Positions 55,325 through 64,000 of a stretch of DNA of 64,000 nucleotides are shown in pieces (the first letter of the stretch is position 1; the number at the start of each line of letters is the position of its first letter). Below the pieces are notes generated by a model. It was not told the origin of the DNA, did not search any database, and saw nothing but the letters and a program-made list of their open reading frames with translations. The stretch is taken from positions 201,562,001 to 201,626,000 of the forward strand of contig OZ024741.1 of the NCBI GenBank assembly GCA_964016885.1. Direction: 5' to 3'. This stretch comes from Eledone cirrhosa (Eukaryota). The position numbers and the translations under genes were made by a program.

Positions 55325-56110
55325 TTTAATTTGTTTTGCAAGATTTCTTATCTGAAAACGTGTTGAAACAGATATTGTTATACTTTGGGAGGATCATGCT
55401 GCAAATTAAAACACATGCACCTATTGATTTTCATTTCAATTTGTTATAAATTTCCGGTTGGTTGTTTGGTTTGATAACCGGTTGGTTGTTTATATATTGT
55501 CAAAGCTCTTTCGTCACACATTCTGTGACCTCCTCAGTGACTGGGATTTTATTTTGTCTCTTTCCTTTGTTCTATCCTGTACCATCTTGTTTTTGTGTTG
55601 TGTGCTGTGTGCTTGGTTTGTGCATGCATTACATCCGGATGTGTTTGTGTTTTTATTTATTCATTTATGTGTTTATTTATTTGTTGGTTGTTTGTTCTAT
55701 CTGTGTGTCTCTGGTTTGTTTCATTAGTTTTGTTTTTGTGTGTCGCTATTTGTCTTCATTTTGTCCTTAATTACTTGTGATGTTGCTATTCCACTCTTGT
55801 TTTCTGTTTAATTTTGATTGGAGTTTGTTTATGTTTGTCACCTCTGTAATTTGTCTGAGCATTGCGTCTTTTCTGTGTGTGGATATCATTTTTATCACTA
55901 TGTTCTCTAATGTGCCCCTATGTTCTATTTTGGCATATTGGTGGAGTGCTGATGAGCTTTTTCCAATCTTGGAGTTCTCACCAGTGTTCACTTATCCTTT
56001 CTCCTATGCTATGGGCTGTTTCACCTATGTATGTTGTGTTCTTATTCCTACACTGTCCCTCAGTACATCTTATACTATATACTACGTTTCTAGTTTTGCA
56101 GTTTGTGAAC
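55325..56110 (-). mobile_element. Penelope-like 3' end (GIY-YIG remnant plus pLTR), related to 6170-8215
   Basis: SALHQYAKIEHRG...LRQITE...LNRKQEW; hammerhead at 55499-55541; shared terminus. Confidence 0.78.
55499..55541 (-). ncRNA. Candidate minimal type-I hammerhead ribozyme
   Basis: Minus strand GTCA-CTGAGGA-G-GTCACA-gaatg-TGTGAC-GAAA-GAGC-TT-TGAC: 4-bp stem I, 6-bp stem II, intact core. Confidence 0.65.
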
Positions 56111-56269
56111 TTAACTTGCAGACTATTTATTTCCTATACTCTCCACCTTCCCCGGATATGTCAGTAGCTCCGATGAAGAGAAGGGCTAGAATTACAACTA
56201 GCTCACTCAGGGCCCTCACTACGCTGACAACTATCTAGGAGACCATGAGAACACAACAGATGCTGCATG

Positions 56270-56590
56270 CTGGCTAACTGCCCCATTGATAACACAGACA
56301 AATGCCATCAAGCATACGTTGTGTACCGACTTTGTGATAAATGCAACGACTTCTATATTGGTAGCACCACCAGGCACCTACACATCAGGATTAAGGAACT
56401 CATTAACACTAATGCTTCCTGATTCAAGAAACACTTAGAGAAATGCAAAAACACCACACAAAAAATAACATGTTAAGGTTGAAACAAAAGAAACCCTGGC
56501 AATCTCAGAATCAAGGAAGCATTAATCATAGCCAGAACACACCCGCAAATCAATACTCGACTAGAACTAAGCACACAATACCTAACATAG
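56270..56590 (+). mobile_element. GIY-YIG endonuclease fragment of another Penelope-like family
   Basis: Manual translation CPIDNTDKCHQAYVVYRLCDKCNDFYIGSTTRHLHIRIKE...LRIKEALII..HPQIN. Confidence 0.8.
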
Positions 56591-57270
56591 ACCTAGGCAC
56601 ACAACACCTAACTTAGAAGGCCACTGGACTCTACACAAAAGGGTACACATTGGGCCGCATACGAGCATATTATCTATTCAGGAGAAATTGTGTATATACA
56701 TTCACGTGTTCACACTATTATATTCATGTGTATATGCGTGTGTGCTTACACACACATATTTATGCATGTGCATGTGTGTCAGCACGTATTACTATATATG
56801 TGTCTATGCAGATTTAAAGGGAAATAACTCTGTGGCCCCCTTGACCTGTTCAAACCTTAATTTTTAAAACAAACACACACATATACATAATAATTATTAC
56901 ATACACACCGTTCTATGTTTGAGTTGTGTATGAATATATAAATGTAAATGTGCAAAGAGACATACACTCACATACACTCACAAATATATACTAACACAGA
57001 CATACATTCACACAAACACAAACAGTGTTTCACCACCCCCTTCCTTCCTCAGTCGTCTCATAGAAGTATGTAATAATTATTTATATATGTGTACATGTGT
57101 GTGTGTACTTCTGTTGTCTGTGTATCTGTTTATGTATTTACGTGTAGATGTGTGTGTAACTTAATAAAACAACGTATATTACGAACGTACAAAACACAAG
57201 CAGAATTATGATATATTTCTTCATTGACTGTGTTGTTTGCTTTGTTGTTTTCATGTTTCCATTTACTTTT

Positions 57271-57329
<59 letters not shown>

Positions 57330-57332
<3 letters not shown>

Positions 57333-58110
57333 CATTAATCCACTTCTGTTTGTCATTGTTCCTAAGTTAAGGACTAGTTGACCATGGGACCTCCTGTATA
57401 CCGATGCCCTGGTCCTTATAGCAGAACCTGTGGAAGTGTTAGAAGTGAAATGCAAGAAAAACTTAGAATCAAAAGGCCTAGAAATATATTTGGTGAAGAC
57501 TGGGGAAAGGAAGACGGACCTTTAACCATCAAGGAATTGGCCTTGTTCAATATGGGGATGGAAATTCCATAAGATACACACAGTGTAATATATGGATACA
57601 AAAGAGATGTTCTGGGATTGCATGCAGGATGGTGCAGATGATGGACTTGTATGTGGCAGATGCATGGGAGAAGTAAGCACTAGGAACACATGTGAAATAT
57701 GTTGCCTCAGTTGCCTGGGAGGCATCCTAGAAATAGTTGAGATTTTGTTCCCTGAGTAACTTAATTGGCAATGGTGTAGGGTGATCTCACAGCATGGTAA
57801 CCAAAGTAGGTATGGGCTGGAAGAGGTTTTGGAAGCCAGTACCTTTGCTGACAACAAAAGCCTTCTCCCTCAATGGTTGACGATGTAATGCCTGCATGTG
57901 AACTGCAGGCAGTGTGACATGGGCCATTTCTGCTGAGGACCTTCAAGGGAAGTGGGGCAAGCATGCTCTGGTAGATATGTGGGGTTTGCAAGCTGAGGGA
58001 GGAACTCAATGGTATGCAAGAGGGAGGACTGGGATGGTAAGGATATGTGATATGTATGGAGGATGACAACTATATAAAAAAATGCAGAGAAATCTCAGTA
58101 GATAGAACTC
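57330..58110 (+). mobile_element. Very old RTE (PHD-type) remnant
   Basis: ccatgggacctcctgtataccgatg (PWELLYADD-like) and tggatacaaaagagatgttctggg (WVHKRCSG-like). Confidence 0.65.
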
Positions 58111-58189
58111 ATAGACTCATACATTCTATATTTGGTTTGGTTTCTATGGCTGGATGTGTTCTTAATGCCAATCACTTTACAGCATATAT

Positions 58190-60300
58190 TAGCAGTTGGA
58201 GGCCGAAAGATTCATCGGTGGATCCACAGCAACATTTGTATGGCTCACAGATTCGGAGGCCAAGCCTCAGTAAAACCTTGATTTGCAGGCTATCATTATA
58301 CAGCTGTGTGCCAGTCGAAAAGGGGGGTAAGGCATTGAGCTAGGCACTGTTGCGGGGTTGCGAGGGCGATTGAAAACGTGAGGTGGTGCTGGTCGAGCTA
58401 GCGCGCTAGCCTGTCTTAGGCCATGTTGCACTGGATGGCATCCCATATTCTCTGGGGGATTTGATGTCTACAGGGGGAAGAGGAGGAGGAGGGTCTTCTA
58501 CTGGGTGGAGTCTGAGCCAGTTCCAAGTCTCACAGGCGGCTTCGTGTTCCTCGATCACAGTGGGTTCCATTGTGCTGTGTAGAACCCTGTTGATGAGGAC
58601 ATGGCAAAAGGTCACTGACGAAAGGAATACTGACAGAGCCAGCAAGACCAGGTACTGGAGACCAAGGCCACCATTTCTAACGGGTAAGGTGACCTGTTGT
58701 CAAACCTGACATTGCATATCTCCTCAGCTGCCATCATCATCATTATCATCGTTTAACGTCCATCTTCCACGGGAATTTTACCACTTGAGGCAAGATTGGT
58801 TGTCTTGCTCATATAGGACTGTCTGGCGGATACAAGTATTGAGGTCAGTGAGGAGAGATGCGTGGCTGTAGCAAGAAATGCTATGAAATGTGTACAGGAG
58901 CCTCGGCATAGCGAAGCAGTTCCTCAATGGGAAGAGTGCTGGATGGGCGTCAATCAGGCCCAGTCTGTTCAGGAGGATCGTGAGCTGCTGGAGCCTGGAC
59001 ATGATGGGGGAGTGGATGGCCGGCGGGGTGATTGGCAACTGGCAACTCGAGGATGAGGACATCCTTTTATGGGGTCACCTGCACCTGGTGGAGAATGGAT
59101 CGCACGTCTGAGATAGAGGCTACACGGCCCTCTGCATTGGGGTTTACATTCACCACCTCTGACTTGGATGATTTGACCTCAAGGCCAATTCTCACCAGAG
59201 CAGGAACCACCGATCGCAAGTTGTGGCAGACAGTCTCCACTGGCCTGTCCAACGTGGCATCATCTAGGTACCAAATGGCTTCGGCTGATAGGAGGGATAG
59301 CAACACTTTAAGGTGTCAAGGTCGAACACCCTAATAGGGAAGGACTTAATGGCAGGCATGATGTTTGTGTCTGATTCCACATATAGCTGGTGAGGATGGG
59401 GTGTGGGTCTTAGGGCTGCGGGTGACTCAGGATGCTTGAGTCGAAGATCAGCCAAGACCTCAGTGTGTTGGAAAACAGTGTCCTCCGAGGCGTCCACTCT
59501 GACCACGGCCGAGACATCACCCTCAATTAGTTTTGCGTATATGCGGTCATGTAAACGCTGTTTGCTGGCCTCAAGGGTCGAGTATTGAGGGCTCCTGAGA
59601 GCAGAAAGGGTGGCGTCCTTCGGCACACTTGGGATAGTCGCTTGCTTAAAGGATGAAATGTTGGCCTGATGAAAGCTGCTGTCGACAGGCCGCCTCAGTC
59701 AGTGCCAGAGTTGGGAAGACCAAGGGTGGCAAAATAGAAGAGGCGCGCCCAGTCATTGGCTCGATTATAGTCCAGGGCCTTCTCAATTGAGGATGCGAGG
59801 GCGTCGGTCACTGGCACTCTGGCTGCTTTCGAGATCTTGAGCAGCATCTTCCGAAGCTGCCAGAGTTGAGTGATGTTGACCAGCGAGGCTTGAGCATCAG
59901 ACAAGCTCGCTGTCTCATCTGGTGTAGTGGATGGCCTCAGCTGTGCTGACGAGGGGAAGAGAGTTTTTGCATCTCCATGCTGTGAGGTCACTGGAGGCTT
60001 GACACGTCAGGCTAACACAAGAAAGGTGGTGGAAACATCTGCACACCGAACGGTTTCAACCTTTCTTTCACCTGTTTGTGGTGGTGCAGGTGTTACTTGG
60101 TGGGGATAAAGGATGGGGCATGGAGCCAGGGACTGGAGCACTATGCAGTGACATGGGTGTGGGGGTGGTTTGCTCTGGCCAGGGTGCTTAACTCAACAGT
60201 GGGTGGGTGGAGGGGAGAAGCTGGAATCATGGTGAAGTGGGCAGAGTGATGACATAAAGGAGGCAGCATATCTCGCCTACAACAAATCTGAAAGCAACAT
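58190..60300 (-). mobile_element. Degenerate CRE-clade (restriction-like endonuclease) non-LTR retrotransposon body
   Basis: KLIEGDVSAVVR, LRLKHP, WYLDDATL, LRNCFAMPRLLY, PVRNGGLGL, LRLGLRICEPYKCCCG. An RTE tail is inserted at ~58732-58829. Confidence 0.75.
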
Positions 60301-61329
60301 CAACAAAACAAGAAATAAGTTGAGGGAGAGTAGGAGCATGGAGAGCGACCTAAAAAGAAAAACGGGGGGTGTTCAAGTGGAAAATCTTAGAAATCTCTAT
60401 GTATATACATACATACTCTCCCACTAACACACACATGCATTCCCAAGTTTTAGCTATGACACCAGAGTATATATTGTATATAGATGTTTGTATGTGGACA
60501 TTCTCATGTCCATGTGTGAGTGTGCGTGTATCTATAACATAATAAAGGAAGGAGTGCAGGACTATGTCCTTTTTATTATTTTTTATCCCGTTAGTAAAAT
60601 AAGTTGGATTACTTTGAATATTATATAATTTATGTACTAAATTTCATAACTATTCATTAAACATAAATTATTTTATATATAATGCATTGCTTATTTCAAG
60701 ATTCACTTCTGTTAAAAGTTTCAAATTTCAACAACTTCCATTATATCGCCACCATCATCACTTCAACACTTCAACTACTACATATGTATAGACAGAGCGA
60801 GAAAGAAAGAGAGATTGTGTGTGTGAAGAGAGCGATACAGATAGATAGACTGACTATGTGACACACACACACACACGTATGCACACACACACACACACAC
60901 ACATATATAGAGAGAGTGAGTGAATGAAAGAGAAAGATGTAGAGATTAGGGTTTTTTTCAACACGTTGATGCATATGTGTATGTGTGTATACATATGAGT
61001 ATATAACTATAATCGCGCAAACAGACACATAGAAATACACACTCACAGACATACATTCACACAAATACACATACTTTCACACACACCTATATTTACACAA
61101 ACATACACATATACAGCATGATAGCAGCGTTTGATAAATTTGGAAACGGGAGGGTAAAATGAAGGGTAATCTGTTTATTTATTCTTAACAACACAATTTA
61201 ACTCTTTTTTTTAAAAATACTTATTTGTTGTTACAGGTTTATTCACAGTTGTATAAAAATCTAATAATATAATGCTTACAGAAAGAAAACACAAACACAA
61301 ACGAGCTGCTACCAGAGTAAAAGATAAAA

Positions 61330-61790
61330 ATATCGCGAGGAGTACTGGGAAACCTCTCTAATAATTTTTTAGGCAAGCCAGCTTGCTCGCATTGTTACTT
61401 TGGGTGATGGCGGACCTTATACACTGGAACAGCCAAGCACCCTCACAAGCATCACCAGTTACCTCTATTAGGCGAGCCGCCAGTGAAGATACGAATCTCA
61501 CAGTCAGTAGCCCGACTCCCCCAAACGTCTTGAATGCCACAGGCTGGAAAATGTAGTTATTTTAGGATTGTGTTCCGTTCGGCTGCAGATGCTGTAGCTC
61601 TTGCCCTTACCGCTACATCCAGGATGTAGAAAGAAGAAAAAGAGTCACTAACTGTGACATCCCAGATAAAACACCTGCCTCTTGACCAGGAACACAGGGT
61701 AAGACTGTCAAGCATTTCCCATCAATTTTGGACAATCCAGATGGTTCCAAAATTGAGGGGTTGTTTTCCCGGGTCACAGCTCTTAAGTGG
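61330..61790 (-). mobile_element. CRE-clade C-terminal RLE fragment
   Basis: Manual translation PSILEPSGLSKIDGK.LD.LTL..WSRGRCFIWDVTV.D...FQPVAFKTFGGVG...LFQCI..AITQSN. Confidence 0.72.
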
Positions 61791-61995
61791 TAATAGAACA
61801 GTGTGAGTGTGCACGCACGGTGGTTTGTTGGCGTTCTTAAATTAGAGATGTGTGTGTGTCTGTGTATGTCACCATTTTTAAGTTAGATACATATATATGT
61901 GTGTATCCCCTTCCTTGCTTTTAGATACACGTACATTACATAAACACACGCATTGTGTGACGAACGGATAGACAAGTCGCTCAAATTTATATACA

Positions 61996-62612
61996 TGTGA
62001 ATGGAGTTCCACTGAAACAGGTAGAGAAGTTCAAATATCTTGGGGCTGTGTTCCTGAGTGATGGAAGGCAGGAGGTTGAATTATATGCTAGAATTGCAAA
62101 AGCTGATGCAGTAATGCACCAACTTCAGCATTCAGTAATCAGAAGAAGGGAGGTAGGTGTGAAAGCCAAACTTGCTATCTTCAATTTGGTATTCCTGCCA
62201 ACCCATGCCTATGGTCATAAATCTTGGGCAATGACTGAAAGAATAAGATTGTGAATACAAGCGGCTGAAATGGGATTCCTCCAAAGGGTCTTTGGAGTAA
62301 CGTTATTCGATAAAGTGTGTAGCTCAGAGATCAGAGTCATTCCAGGTAGAGCTACTACTTCTCCGAATTAAGAGATCTCAGCTCTGATACTATGGGCATG
62401 TGGTTACAAGGTCTCGGGAAAGAATCACTGGAGAGATTTTACAGGCAAAACCAACTGGCATGTGACCCAGAGGTAGAGCCTGAGCAAGATAGTTGGATAA
62501 CATCTATGAGCTCGGCTGGTTTTGCTTGGGCACCAGCTAGTTCAGTTAGAGATGTTTGCTTCTGACAGACCCGCTGGAAGGCGTATTTGAGGACTCTGCA
62601 CCCATGATCCTC
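61996..62612 (+). mobile_element. RTE LINE 3' fragment (another family, no PHD)
   Basis: LKQVEKFKYLG, YGHKSWAMTE, followed by degenerate QLRYYGHV and RPRGR motifs. Confidence 0.8.
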
Positions 62613-62812
62613 TTAGAAATAAGTGGGCGAAGAAAAAGTAGATATTGTCAATTTACTTTTCAATTTAAGTAATATATATGCATATATATTTGTGTATAAT
62701 ACCAATATGCACACTACATATACTAGCAGAAAACCGCCTGCTAGTATATATAATTCAGATGAAAAAATATTATAAGTGGGCAGATTTACATGTGCGTGCA
62801 AGCATGTTATGG

Positions 62813-64000
62813 ATGTATGTGTGCCAGTATGTAGTGTAAGATGTATGTGTGCCAGTATATACAGTGTAAGATGTATGTGTGCCAGTATATACGGTGTAAG
62901 ATGTATGTGTGCCAGTATATAGTGTAAGATGTATGTGTGCCAGTATGTAGTGTAAGATGTATGTGTGCCAGTATATACAGTGTAAGATGTATGTGTGCCA
63001 GTATATAGTGTAAGATGTATGTGTGCCAGTATATACAGTGTAAGATGTATGTGTACCAGTATGTAGTGTAAGATGTATGTGTGCCAGTATGTAGTGTAAG
63101 ATGTATGTGTGCCAGTACGTAGTGTGAGATGTATGTGTGCCAGTATATACAGTGTAAGATGTATGTGTGCCAGTATGTAGTGTAAGATGTATGTGTGCCA
63201 GTATATAGTATAAGATGTATGTGTGTCAGTATGTAGTGTAAGATGTATGTGTGTCAGTATGTAGTGTAAGATGTATGTGTGCCAGTATGTAGTGTAAGAT
63301 GTATGTGTGCCAGTATATACAGTGTAAGATGTATGTGTGGCAGTATATAGTGTAAGATGTATGTGTGCCATTATATAGTGTAAGGTGTATGTGTGCCAGT
63401 ATACAGTGTAAGATGTATGTGTGCCAGTATGTAGTGTAAGATGTATGTGTGCCAGTATGTAGTGTAAGATGTATGTGTGCCAGTATGTAGTGTAAGATGT
63501 ATGTGTACCAGTATGTAGTGTAAGATGTATGTGTGCCAGTATATAGTGTAAGATGTATGTGTGGCAGTATATAGAGTGTAAGATGTATGTGTGCCAGTAT
63601 GTAGTGTAAGATGTATGTGTACCAGTATACAGTGTAAGATGTATGTGTGCCAGTATATACAGTGTAAGATGTATGTGTGCCAGTATATAGTATAAGATGT
63701 ATGTGTGCCAGTATACAGTGTAAGATGTATGTGTGCCAGTATATAGTGTAAGATGTATGTGTGCCAGTATACAGTGTAAGATGTATGTGTGCCAGTATAT
63801 AGTGTAAGATGTATGTGTACCAGTATATAGTGTAAGATGTATGTGTGCCAGTATACAGTGTAAGATGTATGTGTACCAGTATACAGTGTAAGATGTATGT
63901 GTGCCAGTATACAGTGTAAGATGTATGTGTGCCATTATACAGTGTAAGATGTATGTGTGCCAGTATATAGTGTAAGATGTATGTGTGCCAGTATACAGTG
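62813..64000. repeat. 28/30-bp minisatellite (agtgtaagatgtatgtgtgccagtatat[ac]) running off the window end
   Basis: About 40 tandem units with gt/at/ac/atac variants after cagtat. Confidence 0.97.

Larger units (their letters stand above)
60531..62744 (+). mobile_element. Helitron of the 45007-45486 family with internal insertions
   Basis: A|TCTATAACATAATAAAG at 60531 and gttagtaaaataagttggattactttgaata match the family 5' part; 62640-62744 matches the 3' part and ends ctagcagaaaaccgcctgCTAG|T. Confidence 0.6.

Noticed and set aside
62613-63935. 440-aa ORF as a protein, or the array as CRISPR
   Set aside because: Tandem minisatellite with no unique spacers and no cas genes, in eukaryotic context; the ORF just cycles frames with the 28-bp period.

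Overview
AT-rich, microsatellite-dense eukaryotic DNA. The SINE/RTE repertoire points to a cephalopod, probably Octopus (inference). The only host coding sequence found is a 99-nt first coding exon of a MAP4K3/MAP4K5 (happyhour/GCK-I) kinase at 8812-8910 (+), which the ORF track misses. No exon 2 was recognised, so the remaining ~55 kb is probably one very large intron 1. Almost everything else is transposon-derived: a Buster/Charlie hAT element nested in a Chapaev-like element, Penelope-like remnants with minimal hammerhead motifs, a near full-length RTE/BovB LINE, many 5'-truncated RTE LINEs with a PHD finger inserted inside the RT region, CR1 and CRE remnants, three SINE types, non-autonomous Helitrons, a TRIM-like element, long (TA)n arrays and a 28/30-bp minisatellite. 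The most notable recurring signal is that (TA)n tracts host retro-insertions and locally templated inverted duplications. All family assignments were made by eye from motifs and need database confirmation.
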